This document shows positions 1-13,722 of a DNA stretch of 64,000 nt, piece after piece. The notes below the pieces were generated by a model. That model had not been told where the DNA came from, did not search any database, and saw only the letters and a program-made list of their open reading frames with translations. Position numbers and translations under genes: made by a program. Numbering within the stretch: the first letter of the stretch is position 1; each line of letters starts with the position of its first letter. Source of the stretch: Escherichia coli (GTDB lineage: Bacteria > Pseudomonadota > Gammaproteobacteria > Enterobacterales > Enterobacteriaceae); NCBI RefSeq assembly GCF_041248615.1, contig NZ_CP158426.1. The stretch is one strand, 5' to 3'.

Positions 1-661
1 CCTGGGCGCTACTTTTATTGCTACCGCCTATTCCGGCTTCCGCCAGCTTTTCATCAAGATCGCGACCGTCTGCGACTTTTTCCAACTGTGCAGCAGCATC
101 CAGACGAGCCTGACGTTCGGCCTGACGCGTTTGCAGGCGTTTTAAGGATTCTGCCGCTGTCGAAACGCTGGAAGATGCGCCAACGGTAGAGGTCGTTACA
201 GCCTGTTGTGCACGCTGCATGGCTTCAGTGGCTTTAACGACTTCCATTTGCTGCTCAAACTGAGCGATACGCTGCGCTGTCGCTGTAACTGCTTTTTCCA
301 CGCCATCACGAGAGACTTCCAGATTCGACAACACTTGCTCTTCAGCGGTAATGAGATTCTCAAGGCGCGCGATTTCTTCAGCAACTTCGTTAATCAACGA
401 CGGATTAACGTTCTTGCTTAACGCTTTCAGCGCACGAGCTTCCAGACTGGCTTTGCGCTCACGTAAATCTTTCAGCTTATCGTGACTTAATTTCACCCGC
501 GCCAGCAGATCAACGCGAGATTTTCCGGCTTTATCGAGTTCAGCTTTAGCGTCACGGATATGCTGTTCCAGCATGCGCACGCCCTGGGTTTCTTCAATGG
601 ATTCTTCCGCCTGGGAGATAAACGATTTCCCCAGCGTAAATAAACTTTTTAAAATTCCCAT
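1..661 (-). CDS. yjfJ: PspA/IM30-family protein YjfJ, 3'-truncated by the window edge (start codon ATG at 659-661 on the minus strand)
   Basis: Open frame on the minus strand from the window edge to ATG at 661; hand translation begins MGILKSLFTLGKSFISQAEESIEET..., matching recalled YjfJ. Not in the ORF track because it has no stop inside the window. Confidence 0.8.
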   Translation of the reverse strand, partial: MGILKSLFTLGKSFISQAEESIEETQGVRMLEQHIRDAKAELDKAGKSRVDLLARVKLSHDKLKDLRERKASLEARALKALSKNVNPSLINEVAEEIARLENLITAEEQVLSNLEVSRDGVEKAVTATAQRIAQFEQQMEVVKATEAMQRAQQAVTTSTVGASSSVSTAAESLKRLQTRQAERQARLDAAAQLEKVADGRDLDEKLAEAGIGGSNKSSAQ

Positions 662-679
662 AAATACCCGTCCTTGTAA

Positions 680-1081
680 TTAGAGTGAATATTCTTCTGT
701 AATTTCAGCCAGATCCAATGCGTTATCTACCAGCGAGGTTATCTCAAGCAGGATATCTTCAAGAGAAGATTTAAGCGATAACGCCCCGAAAACAATGTAA
801 TACTCTTCATGTTGCACGCTGGAGATCCCTACCGATGACAACGGCATCATCTTCTGATTTCTTAATAAGAAGGTATTAAATTCATCTGGATTGCTGATAC
901 TACTTACCGGACAAATAAAGGTTTCGATAATCATTTGGCGGGAAGTAAATAGAATATTGATTTGCAAATCGCCATAATCATTCATTTTAATAATTAATGC
1001 GTTCTCGCCATTTGTTACATCAATATTTTGTTCAGGTACAGTTTGCAGCGCCGTCGCCAGCGCCAACGGATTCCATGTCAT
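680..1081 (-). CDS. yjfI: DUF2170-family protein YjfI (133 aa)
   Basis: ORF-track entry of 133 aa; length and position (downstream of rlmB) match K-12 yjfI. Confidence 0.8.
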   Translation of the reverse strand: MTWNPLALATALQTVPEQNIDVTNGENALIIKMNDYGDLQINILFTSRQMIIETFICPVSSISNPDEFNTFLLRNQKMMPLSSVGISSVQHEEYYIVFGALSLKSSLEDILLEITSLVDNALDLAEITEEYSL

Positions 1082-1160
1082 ATATTATTCCATATAAATT
1101 AAGTTTAAATATTAATAAAATGAATATTTGCAGTACGTAATTATCTTACCAGCTATAGAC

Positions 1161-1192
1161 AAAAAAAAACCATCCAAATCTGGATGGTTTTT
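1161..1192 (-). terminator. Rho-independent terminator downstream of rlmB
   Basis: Inverted repeat ccatccaaatctggatgg (1170-1187) flanked by an A-run on the plus strand (a T-run on the minus strand) and a T-run on the plus side, so it could act bidirectionally. Confidence 0.6.
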
Positions 1193-1207
1193 CATAATTC
1201 AGAGGAA

Positions 1208-1939
1208 CTAGCTGCGCTGTCGCACCGCTTCAAATAAGCAAATCCCTGTCGCCACAGAAACGTTCAGCGAAGAAACACTTCCTGCCATTGGGATGCTGAT
1301 CAACTCGTCGCAATGTTCACGGGTCAGGCGACGCATACCTTCACCTTCCGCGCCCATCACCAGCGCCAGGCGTCCGGTCATTTTGCTCTGATAGAGTGTA
1401 TGATCTGCCTCGCCTGCCGTACCGACGATCCAGATATTCTCTTCCTGCAACATACGCATGGTGCGCGCCAGATTAGTCACCCGAATCAGCGGAACGCTTT
1501 CTGCCGCACCACAGGCCACTTTTTTCGCCGTGGCGTTGAGCTGTGCGGAGCGATCTTTCGGCACAATCACCGCATGAACACCAGCGGCGTCCGCGCTACG
1601 CAGGCACGCGCCGAGGTTGTGCGGATCGGTTACGCCGTCGAGGATCAGCAGGAACGGTTGATCGAGCGAAGCGATCAGATCCGGCAGATCGTTTTCCTGA
1701 TACTGCCGTCCTGGCTTCACACGGGCGATAATGCCCTGATGCACGGCACCGTCGCTTTTCTCGTCGAGATACTGACGGTTCGCCAACTGGATAACCACGC
1801 CCTGGGACTCAAGGGCGTGAATCAGCGGTAACAGACGTTTATCTTCACGGCCTTTTAAAATAAAGACTTCCTGAAAACGTTCAGGGGCGCGCTCCAGCAG
1901 GGCCTGCACTGCGTGGATGCCGTAAATCATTTCGCTCAT
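1208..1939 (-). CDS. rlmB: 23S rRNA (Gm2251) 2'-O-methyltransferase RlmB (243 aa)
   Basis: ORF translation matches recalled RlmB (SpoU family); conserved position after rnr. Confidence 0.95.
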
Positions 1940-2029
1940 TAATGTACTCGTTGTTTACGTTTTGCCGGGAGCGCCACGCTTGCCCGGCCTACGGATAATT
2001 CACCCTCTTCTGTTTGAAGAGGGTTATGA

Positions 2030-4471
2030 TCACTCTGCCACTTTTTTCTTCGCCGCACGCTTCGCTTTGGTCGCTGCGGCTATTTTCTGCGTTTTCGCCG
2101 ATGGCTTTTTCGCTTTTCTCGCGTCTTTCTTCGCCGCTTTCGGCTTCGTTTTTTTCTCACCACGGAAGGCGCTGTCTGGCTCAAAGTTTACCTTTTTACC
2201 GACCTGACGACGCTTGCCGCCTTTTTTACCTGCATCGCCTTTTTTCGCTTTCTCGCGCGCCGTTTTACCTACGTTGCGCGGTGCGCGTTCGCTGGAGATC
2301 AGGCTAAAGTCGATTTTACGCTCGTCCATATTAACCGCTTCGACGCGAACTTCCACGCGATCGCCCAGGCGATAAGTCTGGCCGCTGGATTCACCCATCA
2401 GGCGTTGCCCTACCTGGTCAAAGCGATAGTAGTCATTGTCCAGCGAAGAGACATGGACCAGACCATCAATGAACAAGTCGTCCAGACGGACAAAGAATCC
2501 AAAGCCAGTGACGCTGGAAATTACGCCTTTAAAGACGTTACCTACCTGGTCGAGCATGAAGTCACACTTCAGCCAGTCAGCCACATCGCGCGTTGCTTCG
2601 TCGGCACGACGTTCTGCCATCGAACAGTGCTGACCCAGTTGCAGCATCTCTTCCATCGAATAATGGTAGCCGCCGGTTTCAGTGGTGTTACCCTGATGCC
2701 CCTGCTCTTTCGCCAGCAGATACTTAATGGCGCGGTGCAGCGTCAGGTCAGGATAACGACGAATCGGCGAAGTGAAGTGCGCATAGGACTGCAATGCCAG
2801 ACCGAAGTGACCACGGTTTTCTGGATCGTAAATCGCCTGTTTCATCGAGCGCAGCAGCATGGTTTGCAGCATTTCTGCGTCAGGACGATCGGCAACCGAC
2901 TCCAGCAGCTCCGCGTAGTCACGCGGTTCCGGCTTGTTACCGCCCGGCAATTCCAGCCCCAGCTCCGCCAGCACTGAACGGAAAGAGGTAATTGCTTCGG
3001 TGCTCGGCTTGTCGTGAATACGGAACAGTGCTGGTTCCTTGGCTTTCTCAACGAAACGCGCCGCCGAGATATTCGCCAGAATCATACACTCTTCAATTAA
3101 TTTGTGTGCGTCGTTACGCTGGGTCTGTTCGATACGTTCAATACGGCGTTCAGCGTTGAAAATGAACTTCGCTTCTTCGCTCTCAAATGAGATCCCACCA
3201 CGTTCTTCACGGGCTTTATCCAGCACTTTATAGAGGTTATGCAACTCTTCGAGATGCTTAACCAGTGGGGCGTACTGCTCGCGCAGATCCTGATCGCCCT
3301 GCAGAATATGCCAGACTTTGGTGTAGGTCAGACGTGCGTGAGAGCTCATTACCGCTTCATAGAATTTGTAGCCAGTCAGGCGGCCTTTCGACGAAACCGT
3401 CATCTCGCACACCATACACAGGCGGTCTACCTGCGGGTTGAGCGAACACAGACCGTTAGAGAGCACTTCCGGCAGCATCGGGATAACCTGCGAAGGGAAG
3501 TACACCGACGTACCACGGTTACGCGCTTCTCTGTCCAGCGGTGTTGGCGGACGCACATAGTAGCTGACGTCGGCAATCGCGACCCATAAACGCCAGCCGC
3601 CGCCGCGTTTTTTCTCGCAGTAAACTGCATCGTCAAAGTCACGGGCGTCTTCGCCATCAATGGTGACCAGCGGTAAATCGCGCAGATCGACACGGCCCGC
3701 TTTTGCTTCTTCCGGCACTTCTTCTTTCAGCCCGGCAACCTGTTGCTCAACGGCCTGCGGCCAGATATACGGAATTTCATGGGTACGCAGAGCGATATCA
3801 ACCGCCATGCCGGTGCCCATATTGTCGCCAAGTACTTCGACGATTTTACCCACCGCTTTGGTACGGCGAGTCGGGCGTTGGGTCAGTTCAACAACCACCA
3901 CAAAGCCCATCCGCGCGCCCATGATCTGATCGGGCGGGATTAAGATATCGAAGCTCAAACGACTGTCGTCAGGAACCACAAAGCCGACGCCCGCTTCGGT
4001 AAAGTAGCGACCAACAATCTGGCTGGTTTTTGGCACCAGTACGCGGACAATACGCGCTTCACGACGACCTTTACGGTCAGCACCCAGCGGCTGCGCCAGC
4101 ACCTGATCGCCATGAATGCAGGTTTTCATCTGCTCGCTGGAGAGATACAAATCATCTTTACGCCCTTCAACCCGCAGAAAGCCGTAGCCATCACGGTGGC
4201 CAATAACGGTACCTTTCACCAGGTCGAGGCGTTCCGGCAGCGCATAGCACTGACGACGAGTGAAGACCAGTTGACCATCGCGCTCCATCGCGCGCAGGCG
4301 GCGACGCAGGCCTTCAAGCTGCTCTTCGCCTTCAATGTGCAGTTCTACCGCCAGCTCATCACGGCTGGCCGGTTTTTCACGTTTGGTTAAATGTTCGAGG
4401 ATAAATTCCCGACTAGGGATGGGATTCGCGTATTTTTCAGCTTCGCGTTCCTGGAAAGGATCTTGTGACAT
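2030..4471 (-). CDS. rnr: Ribonuclease R (813 aa from ATG at 4471; ORF track extends to 827 aa from an upstream alternative start)
   Basis: Translation [20 protein letters not shown]... with a lysine-rich C-terminal tail; 813-aa form matches recalled K-12 RNase R. Confidence 0.95.
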   Translation of the reverse strand: MSQDPFQEREAEKYANPIPSREFILEHLTKREKPASRDELAVELHIEGEEQLEGLRRRLRAMERDGQLVFTRRQCYALPERLDLVKGTVIGHRDGYGFLRVEGRKDDLYLSSEQMKTCIHGDQVLAQPLGADRKGRREARIVRVLVPKTSQIVGRYFTEAGVGFVVPDDSRLSFDILIPPDQIMGARMGFVVVVELTQRPTRRTKAVGKIVEVLGDNMGTGMAVDIALRTHEIPYIWPQAVEQQVAGLKEEVPEEAKAGRVDLRDLPLVTIDGEDARDFDDAVYCEKKRGGGWRLWVAIADVSYYVRPPTPLDREARNRGTSVYFPSQVIPMLPEVLSNGLCSLNPQVDRLCMVCEMTVSSKGRLTGYKFYEAVMSSHARLTYTKVWHILQGDQDLREQYAPLVKHLEELHNLYKVLDKAREERGGISFESEEAKFIFNAERRIERIEQTQRNDAHKLIEECMILANISAARFVEKAKEPALFRIHDKPSTEAITSFRSVLAELGLELPGGNKPEPRDYAELLESVADRPDAEMLQTMLLRSMKQAIYDPENRGHFGLALQSYAHFTSPIRRYPDLTLHRAIKYLLAKEQGHQGNTTETGGYHYSMEEMLQLGQHCSMAERRADEATRDVADWLKCDFMLDQVGNVFKGVISSVTGFGFFVRLDDLFIDGLVHVSSLDNDYYRFDQVGQRLMGESSGQTYRLGDRVEVRVEAVNMDERKIDFSLISSERAPRNVGKTAREKAKKGDAGKKGGKRRQVGKKVNFEPDSAFRGEKKTKPKAAKKDARKAKKPSAKTQKIAAATKAKRAAKKKVAE

Positions 4472-4509
4472 CTCGGTTCCTCCGTTGTCATCTCTGATGA
4501 AGATTTTCG

Positions 4510-4935
4510 TCACTCCACCAGCAATAATTTATAAAGCGGTTGATTCTCTTCAACCAAATCGGCAAGCGTGTAGTTATCCAGTTCCGTAAGAAAACTTTGC
4601 ACGGCCTTAGAAAGTGCCTGTTTCAACCGACAGGCAGGTGTAATGTGGCAAAACTCACTGCTGCAATTCACCAGCGATAAGGGCTCCAGCTCGCGCACCA
4701 CATCACCAATACGTATCGCACTCGCCGGTTTACCCAGACGAATGCCGCCATTTTTTCCACGAACAGCAGTCACGTAGCCGGCACGACTAAGTTGATTGAT
4801 TATTTTGACCATATGATTACGGGAGACGCCGTAGACGTCAGTCACTTCAGAAATACTGGTCATCCGCCCTTCTGGCAATGACGCCATGTAGATCAGCGCA
4901 CGTAATCCGTAATCAGTGAAACTCGTTAACTGCAC
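4510..4935 (-). CDS. nsrR: Nitric-oxide-sensing Rrf2-family repressor NsrR (141 aa, GTG start)
   Basis: ORF translation [23 protein letters not shown]... with the three-Cys Fe-S ligand region; matches NsrR. Confidence 0.9.
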
Positions 4936-5139
4936 ATCAACCTCAAAAGGGAAATCGGGAAAAAATACATTTATATTGATGATAAACCAGCCACAAGCTG
5001 TGTCGCTAATTTATTTCAGTTCGGGGAAGGAAAAAAGCGAGGATTTAACACTGTGTCGGATAGCGTAATGGCTTACCCGACACAGCAATGTATCACACTG
5101 TTAGCCCGGCAGGCAAAATATCTGCCAGGCGTACCAGAA

Positions 5140-6441
<1,302 letters not shown>

Positions 6442-6541
6442 TCAAAATCACCGTTTGCTTAAAAATGGATTCTACCATCGCTTTTTCAGAGTTACAGCAC
6501 TTTTTGCACTCAAAAATGACCTCGATCAGTCTGTTTTTTGT

Positions 6542-6739
6542 TCAGCCAATCGTTTTCCTCAACATGTAGTAGACCACAACGCCCGCAACCACAAGTCCAC
6601 CGCCAAAACGACGTAAAATATTATCAGGCAAATTGGTCATCGCAGAGATCATCTTCTTCCATGCCTTCGGGTAAAGCATCGGCCCTAAACCTTCGAGCAC
6701 CAAAACCAGGGCAAGCGCCAGCCAGATTGTCGAATTCAT
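6542..6739 (-). CDS. yjeT: Small membrane protein YjeT (DUF2065, 65 aa)
   Basis: 65-aa hydrophobic ORF between purA and hflC, as in K-12. Confidence 0.8.
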   Translation of the reverse strand: MNSTIWLALALVLVLEGLGPMLYPKAWKKMISAMTNLPDNILRRFGGGLVVAGVVVYYMLRKTIG

Positions 6740-6820
6740 TGATTATCCTTATAGAAAAAGAAAACCACCGACATCCCTGAGGATGCGGTGGCTTTATTGA
6801 CCTGTACCGCAGTCGTTATA

Positions 6821-7825
6821 TTAACGCGTTGCGGAAGTCGGCGTCTTCATGTAGCGGAAGAAATCGCTATCCGGGCTCATGACCATCACGTCCTGATTGC
6901 CAGAGAAGCTGTTCTCATAAGCACGCAGGCTACGGATAAATGCGTAGAAGTCCGGATCTTTACTGAATGCATCAGCAAACAGTTTGGCTGCTTCTGCATC
7001 GCCTTCACCACGCATGATGCGGCCCTGACGCTCAGCTTCAGCCAGCGTTCTGGTCACTTCATAGTCGGCAGTCGCGCGCAGTTTTTCCGCTTCTTCCTGA
7101 CCTTGTGAACGGTGACGACGCGCTACCGCTTCACGCTCGGCGCGCATACGGTTGTAGATCGCTTCAGACACTTCGGTCGGCAGGTTGATCTGCTTAATAC
7201 GCACATCGACAACTTCAATACCCAGCGCCGCCATACTGTTCGGGTTGATGACCGGAACTTTGCCCTTCGTCTCAGCCGTTACGCGCTCTGCCGCTTCGGC
7301 AATGGCGTTATCTGCTGCCGGGGTAGTAACTTCATCTTCTGTACCCGCAGAACCGGAGTTCAGCGCGTCACGTACTTCGAGGGTCAGACGACCACGGGAA
7401 TCGGTGACGATGTCTTTCACGTCCAGGCGACCAATTTCAGAACGCAGACGGTCAGAGAACTTACGTTTCAACAGCACTTCCGCTTGCGAAATGTCGCCAC
7501 CGCCCGTTGCCAGGTAGTAACGGCTGAAATCGCTGATGCGCCATTTGATGTAAGAGTCGACGATCAGGTCTTTCTTCTCTTTGGTCACAAAGCGGTCGGC
7601 CTGGTTGTCCATGGTCTGAATACGTGCGTCGAGCATTTTCACCGTTTCAATGAACGGTATCTTGAAATGCAGACCCGGCTCATAAACCAGAGGTTTGTTG
7701 TCATCGTCACGCAGTACCTTACCAAAACGCAGCGTAATACCGCGCTCACCTTCTTTGACGACAAAGACAGACATGTAAAGCACTACCAGCACGATGATGA
7801 TAATCGCGATAACTGACTTACGCAT
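6821..7825 (-). CDS. hflC: FtsH modulator HflC (334 aa)
   Basis: ORF translation matches HflC (SPFH/band-7 domain), immediately downstream of hflK. Confidence 0.95.
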   Translation of the reverse strand: MRKSVIAIIIIVLVVLYMSVFVVKEGERGITLRFGKVLRDDDNKPLVYEPGLHFKIPFIETVKMLDARIQTMDNQADRFVTKEKKDLIVDSYIKWRISDFSRYYLATGGGDISQAEVLLKRKFSDRLRSEIGRLDVKDIVTDSRGRLTLEVRDALNSGSAGTEDEVTTPAADNAIAEAAERVTAETKGKVPVINPNSMAALGIEVVDVRIKQINLPTEVSEAIYNRMRAEREAVARRHRSQGQEEAEKLRATADYEVTRTLAEAERQGRIMRGEGDAEAAKLFADAFSKDPDFYAFIRSLRAYENSFSGNQDVMVMSPDSDFFRYMKTPTSATR

Positions 7826-7827
7826 CG

Positions 7828-9087
7828 TTATTCCCCCTGACGCTGGTAGTCGTTACGCTGCGCGTTGGCGCGGCGTTGGTCCATAATATCGCCCTGACTG
7901 GTGGACGACGTGTTGCTTGCTCCACTGGTTGTGGAGGAAGGGGCTGGCGGCAGACGCAGCAGATTGCTGGCACCGTTATCGCTCTTCGCCGCAGGGGCGT
8001 TACCACCTTTCAGCATCTGGTCTAACGGCAGAACCATCAGGTTGCCACCTTTATCGTTAACCAGCACTTTGCGGGTGTTGCCCAACACTTTTTCCATCGT
8101 CTCGATATACAGACGCTCGCGAGTAATTTCCGGCGCGGCTTTATATTCCGGCAGAAGTTTAGCAAAGCGCGCCACTTCACCCTGAGCTTCCAGGATGGTC
8201 TGGGCCTTGTACGCACGCGCCTCTTCGAGGATACGTTGCGCCTGACCGTTCGCACGCGGCTGAACTTCGTTGGTATACGCTTCTGCTTCACGAATATATT
8301 GCTGTTCGTTTTCACGCGCGGCAATCGCATCGTCAAACGCCGCTTTTACTTCTTCTGGCGGACGAGCTGCCTGGAAGTTGACGTCCAGCAGAGTGATACC
8401 CATGTCATACGGACGAATCGTCTCTTCCAGTTCGCGCTGAGTATCGCTACGAATCACGGTACGACCTTCCGTCAGAATGCGGTCCATGGTGTATTTACCG
8501 ATAACCCCGCGCAGGGCGCTGTCGGTAGCCTGACGCAGGCTGTCATCCGGGCTGGTCACGCTATACAGATATTTTTCCGGATCGGTGACGCGGTACTGCA
8601 CGTTCATCTCAACGCGCACTACGTTCTCGTCCGACGTCAGCATCACACCAGAAGCGGCCAGTTCACGCACGGCTTCCACGTTCACTGGTTTGACTTCGTC
8701 GATAAACGTCGGTTTCCAGTTCAGACCCGGCTCGACCAGATGGCTGAATTTACCAAAGCGTGTTACCACGCCACGTTCGGCTTCTTTAATGGTATAGAAA
8801 CCACTGGCCGCCCAGATAATGACAATCGCTGCCGCTGCGATGGTAACGACACGACCGCCAAGCTGCGGGCGCGGGCCTTGCGATGAACTGCCACCGCCAG
8901 ATCCGGTGCCTTTACCGCCGCCCAGACCACCGAGCTTTTTGCTCAGTTTGCGGAAGATATCATCTAAATCAGGTGGCCCTTGATCGCGACCGCCTTTGTT
9001 TCCATTTCCCTCAGAGTTGCCGCCAGGTTTGCTGCTTCCCCACGGGTCGCGGTCTTGTCCGTTATTACCGGGCTGATTCCACGCCAT
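7828..9087 (-). CDS. hflK: FtsH modulator HflK (419 aa)
   Basis: ORF translation matches HflK, with the Gly-rich N-terminal region followed by an SPFH domain. Confidence 0.95.
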   Translation of the reverse strand: MAWNQPGNNGQDRDPWGSSKPGGNSEGNGNKGGRDQGPPDLDDIFRKLSKKLGGLGGGKGTGSGGGSSSQGPRPQLGGRVVTIAAAAIVIIWAASGFYTIKEAERGVVTRFGKFSHLVEPGLNWKPTFIDEVKPVNVEAVRELAASGVMLTSDENVVRVEMNVQYRVTDPEKYLYSVTSPDDSLRQATDSALRGVIGKYTMDRILTEGRTVIRSDTQRELEETIRPYDMGITLLDVNFQAARPPEEVKAAFDDAIAARENEQQYIREAEAYTNEVQPRANGQAQRILEEARAYKAQTILEAQGEVARFAKLLPEYKAAPEITRERLYIETMEKVLGNTRKVLVNDKGGNLMVLPLDQMLKGGNAPAAKSDNGASNLLRLPPAPSSTTSGASNTSSTSQGDIMDQRRANAQRNDYQRQGE

Positions 9088-9172
9088 GTTTGTGCTCCAT
9101 ATTTGTTATGCGGTGATCCCTGTTGTCTTTCGACGCCAGAGGATATGACTCCACGCTTCAGACGCTACGCCG

Positions 9173-10453
9173 TTAGATCAGGTAATCGATCAACGCCGGT
9201 TCTTGTTTACAGAGGCGACGCCAGTCAACGATCGGCATACGAACTTGCAGACTTACGCTGCCGTCCTCCTCCATCCACTCTTTTTCTATTGCCTGAAGCT
9301 GATAAAAACGACTTCTCAGACGCCCTTCCTGCGGTGGCAGACGCAATGTATGCTGCGCCACCTCGCCGGAAAGCCGCTCCGTCAAAGCCTGAAAAAGCTG
9401 TGGTATCCCCGCTCCGGTCTGTGCGGAAAGCCAGACACGGATCGGTTTGTTCTCTTCGTCCCGATCAATACGCGGTTCGAAATCTTCCAGCATATCGATC
9501 TTGTTCATCACCAGCAGGGTTGGGATCTCGTGAGCGTCGATCTCTTCAAGAACCGTATTCACCGCTTCGATGTTTTCTTGTACACGCACATCCGCCGCAT
9601 CAATGACGTGCAGCAGCAATGTGGCTTGCCGCGTCTCTTGTAACGTGGCTTTAAATGCCGCCACCAGATCGTGCGGCAGGTGGCGAATAAACCCTACGGT
9701 ATCTGCCAACACGGTTTCACCGACATCCGCGACGTCAATACGCCGCAACGTCGGGTCGAGGGTGGCAAACAACTGGTCTGCCGCGTAGACCCGCGCTTCG
9801 GTGATGCGATTGAAAAGGGTAGATTTACCGGCGTTGGTATATCCCACCAGCGAAACAGTAGGAACGTCGGCTTTGATACGCGATTGCCGCCCCTGCTCAC
9901 GCTGCTTTTCAACTCTTTCCAGGCGCGACTGTATCTGCACGATGCGATTACGCAACAAACGACGGTCGGTTTCGAGCTGGGTTTCACCCGGACCACGCAA
10001 ACCTATCCCGCCTTTCTGTCTTTCAAGGTGGGTCCAGCCACGCACCAGGCGCGTAGCCAGATGGCGCAGCTGCGCCAGCTCAACCTGCAACTTACCCTCA
10101 TGGGTACGCGCACGTTGGGCGAAAATATCTAAAATAAGGCCGGTGCGGTCGATAACACGACACTCGCACAAACGCTCCAGGTTACGCTCTTGCGCCGGGC
10201 TCAGGGCATGGTCAAAAAGAACGACCGAAGCACCCGTCGCTTTGACAGCTTCCGCAATTTCAACTGCTTTACCTTCACCTACAAAATACTTTGGGTGCGG
10301 CGCTTTACGGCTACCGGTAATCACCTGCAATGCTTCGACACCGGCGGAAGAGACCAGAGATTCAAACTCCTGGAGGTCTTCCATATCTTTGTCTTGCGTA
10401 AAATAGATGTGTACCAGTACCGCCTGCTCACCAGCATCATAACGGTCAAACAA
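9173..10453 (-). CDS. hflX: Ribosome-associated GTPase HflX (426 aa)
   Basis: ORF translation contains GYTNAGKST (G1) and DTVGF motifs; matches HflX. Confidence 0.95.
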   Translation of the reverse strand: MFDRYDAGEQAVLVHIYFTQDKDMEDLQEFESLVSSAGVEALQVITGSRKAPHPKYFVGEGKAVEIAEAVKATGASVVLFDHALSPAQERNLERLCECRVIDRTGLILDIFAQRARTHEGKLQVELAQLRHLATRLVRGWTHLERQKGGIGLRGPGETQLETDRRLLRNRIVQIQSRLERVEKQREQGRQSRIKADVPTVSLVGYTNAGKSTLFNRITEARVYAADQLFATLDPTLRRIDVADVGETVLADTVGFIRHLPHDLVAAFKATLQETRQATLLLHVIDAADVRVQENIEAVNTVLEEIDAHEIPTLLVMNKIDMLEDFEPRIDRDEENKPIRVWLSAQTGAGIPQLFQALTERLSGEVAQHTLRLPPQEGRLRSRFYQLQAIEKEWMEEDGSVSLQVRMPIVDWRRLCKQEPALIDYLI

Positions 10454-10528
10454 GCGTATAACCCTCTAAATAGATCAGCGGGGAACGCAGGATCGCTGGC
10501 TCCCCGTGTAAAAAAACAGCCCGAAACC

Positions 10529-10849
<321 letters not shown>

Positions 10850-10922
10850 TTATATGCTTATTTGTACTTTGAACCTTTCGATTCTGAAAAAATTGCGCAC
10901 GATACGTCTCAATTGTACACAT

Positions 10923-11873
10923 TCAGCCTGCGATAGCACCAACAACCTGTAATACTTCGTCACGCGCTTGTTCTGGTTTTTCACTGTCAAGCCAGTGAAC
11001 CCCTTCCCAACCACGCAGCCAGGTTATCTGCCGCTTCGCCAACTGTCTCGTGGCGCAAACACCTCGATAAACCATTTCATCGTATGAGATTTCGCCTTCA
11101 AGGTAAGACCACATCTGGCGATAACCCACGCAACGAATGGAAGGCAAGTCCGTATGCAAATCTCCTCGGGCAAAAAGCGCCCGGACTTCTGCTTCAAAAC
11201 CTGAAGCCAACATCTGATGAAAACGCTGCTCAATTCGTTGATGGAGCAGTTCACGGCTCGCCGGGGCGATGGCGAACTGATGCACCTGATACGGTAGAGC
11301 GTCTCCTGACGTTTGCGTCAGTTCCGTTAAAGTTTTACCCGAAATGAAAAAAACTTCCAGTGCCCGGGAAAGCCTTTGTGGATCATTTGGATGAATCCTT
11401 GCTGCCGCAACCGGATCGATCTCCTGAAGTTGACGATGCAATGACTCCCAACCTTGCTCTGCCGCCTGTTGCTCAATTCTGGCCCGCACTTCCGGGTCTG
11501 CCGACGGTAGCGGCGACAACCCTTCCAGCAATGCCTTGAAATACAACATCGTACCGCCCACTAACAGTGGGATCCGCCCCGCCGCGGTGATATCGGCCAT
11601 TTCCGCCAGCGCATCGCGGCGAAAATCAGCAGCCGAGTAAGCCTGCGACGGATCGCGAATATCCAGCAATCGGTGCGGCGCGGCGAGTAACTCTTCAGCG
11701 TTCGGCTTCGCCGTCCCGATATCCATCCCTTTGTAAATAAGGGCAGAATCAACGCTTATCAACTCTACTGGTAAAATTTTACGCAGCTCAATGGCTAACG
11801 CCGTTTTACCGGAGGCCGTCGGCCCCATCAAAAAAATCGCCTTAGGCAGGCTCGCCTTACTGATATCACTCAT
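10923..11873 (-). CDS. miaA: tRNA dimethylallyltransferase MiaA (316 aa)
   Basis: Translation with GPTASGKT P-loop matches MiaA; its start overlaps the mutL stop by 8 nt. Confidence 0.95.
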
Positions 11874-13713
11874 CTTTCAGGGCTTTTATCGCCGGATGTA
11901 AATCAACAGATTGTAACAGACCACCCGGCGGCGTTTTCACAAGTTGCGGACATAACCGTTCCACGTCCGCCAGCAGGGTTATGGCCTGCGCCATTGACCA
12001 CTGCGCATGTTCGCTCATCAGATTTCGTGCAATCCACTGCGCAATATTGCCAGGTTCGAATACGGACTGCTTCGCCAGGTAGCCTATCAGTTCAGGAATC
12101 AAGATTTGTAAATTTTGTTGGCGTAAGGGTAAAGGCACGGCCCTGATGGTCACATGCTGCGCATCGGACTGGAAATCAATACCCAATTCCGCCAGGGCAG
12201 ACTGCGCTTTTTCTAATGCCGATTTTTCTTCACCAGAAACTTTTAGCCGCAGCGGAATCAGCAACGGCTGGGCGCAAACTGGCGCTTCACCCGGCGTCAG
12301 TTGCGCCTGACGCAGCCAACGTTCTGCCACTGGCAAGGCTAAAAGTGAAATGTTGCCGTCGCGCTCCAGCAACGCACAGTCGGAATGGACGATAGTCAGT
12401 ATCCGACCAAAACTCTGACTGTTCGCCGCAAGTGCAGGTTCCTGCGGTTCTGGCGCTTTTGGTTTTTGCATCGGCGCGGGCGTTTGCAAAAGCTGGCGAT
12501 ACACTTCACCTTGCTGTTTCTGGTAACCTGGCTGCGCATTCGGCCAAGGGGCAGCCGGACGACTGCCTGAGGCGGGCGCAGGAGTGTAACGCGGAGCTAC
12601 TGGCTCACGAACTGCCGGTTCAGCAAAATGATTGCGCCCCGCCGCCACGCGGTTTTCCGGGATGGCGCGCGGTGCAGGTTGTGGTTCATCGTCCAGCGGT
12701 AGCGGCGTTTCCAGTTGCTGTTGTAGCACGCTCAGCACGCCCTGATAGATAAAATCATGCACCAGACGCGACTGATGGAAACGCACTTCGTGTTTGGCAG
12801 GGTGCACGTTGACGTCCACCTGATGTGGGTCGATCTCCAGATACAGCACAAATGCCGGTTGCTGATCGGCCCCCAGTTTGTCTTCGCAGGCCTGGCGGAT
12901 CGCGTGATTGATCAGGCGATCGCGCATCATGCGACCGTTCACGTAGCAATACTGAATTTCTGCCAGTGCGGGCGTGGTGTGATTTGGATCGGCCACCCAG
13001 CCGCGTAGCGTGAGATCGCCGTGTTGCCATTCAATCGCCAGCGCTTGTTCAAGAAAAGCGGTGCCGCAAATCGCGCCTAAGCGCCGTTCTTTTTGCCCGC
13101 CTTCCGGCACTGCGCGGTACTGACGCACAATTTTACCGTTATGCGACAGGTTGATCGTGACGTCGAAACGCGCCAGCGCAATGCGGCGGATGATCTCATC
13201 AATGTGGTTAAATTCGGTTTTCTCGGTGCGCAGGAATTTGCGCCGCGCCGGGGTGTTGTAGAACAGATCCAGCACCTCCAGCGTCGTCCCCACAGGATGC
13301 GCCGCCGGTTTTACCGTCACGTTCATATCGCGCCCTTCGGCATAGGCCTGCCAGGCTTCCTGCTGTTCTGCGGTGCGTGAAGTGAGCGTCAGGCGGGAAA
13401 CCGAACTGATACTCGCCAGCGCCTCACCGCGAAAGCCCAGGCTGATAATGGCTTCGAGATCGTCCAGAGAGGCGATTTTACTGGTGGCATGACGCGCCAG
13501 CGCCAGCGCCAGCTCGTCTTTTTTGATACCGCAGCCGTTATCACGAATGCGGATAAGTTTCGCCCCACCGCGTTCGATATCAATATCGATACGTGTCGCA
13601 CCTGCATCGAGGCTGTTTTCCACCAGTTCTTTGACTACCGACGCAGGTCGCTCGACCACCTCACCTGCGGCAATCTGGTTCGCCAGTTGTGGCGGTAAGA
13701 CCTGAATTGGCAT
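11866..13713 (-). CDS. mutL: DNA mismatch repair protein MutL (615 aa from ATG at 13713)
   Basis: Translation [39 protein letters not shown]... (GHKL ATPase); the ORF track adds one codon from an upstream TTG. Confidence 0.95.
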
Positions 13714-13722
13714 CAATCGTCC

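Noticed and set aside
2030-4513. N-terminally extended versions of several genes in the ORF track (rnr 827 aa, nnr 522 aa, queG 415 aa, orn 229 aa, ampC 442 aa, frdB 266 aa, dsbD 592 aa, cadA 728 aa, lysU 514 aa, sugE 126 aa, yjdI 102 aa)
   Set aside because: The track extends to the most upstream ATG/GTG/TTG. Internal start codons give products whose lengths and N-termini match the known proteins and avoid implausible overlaps with upstream genes.
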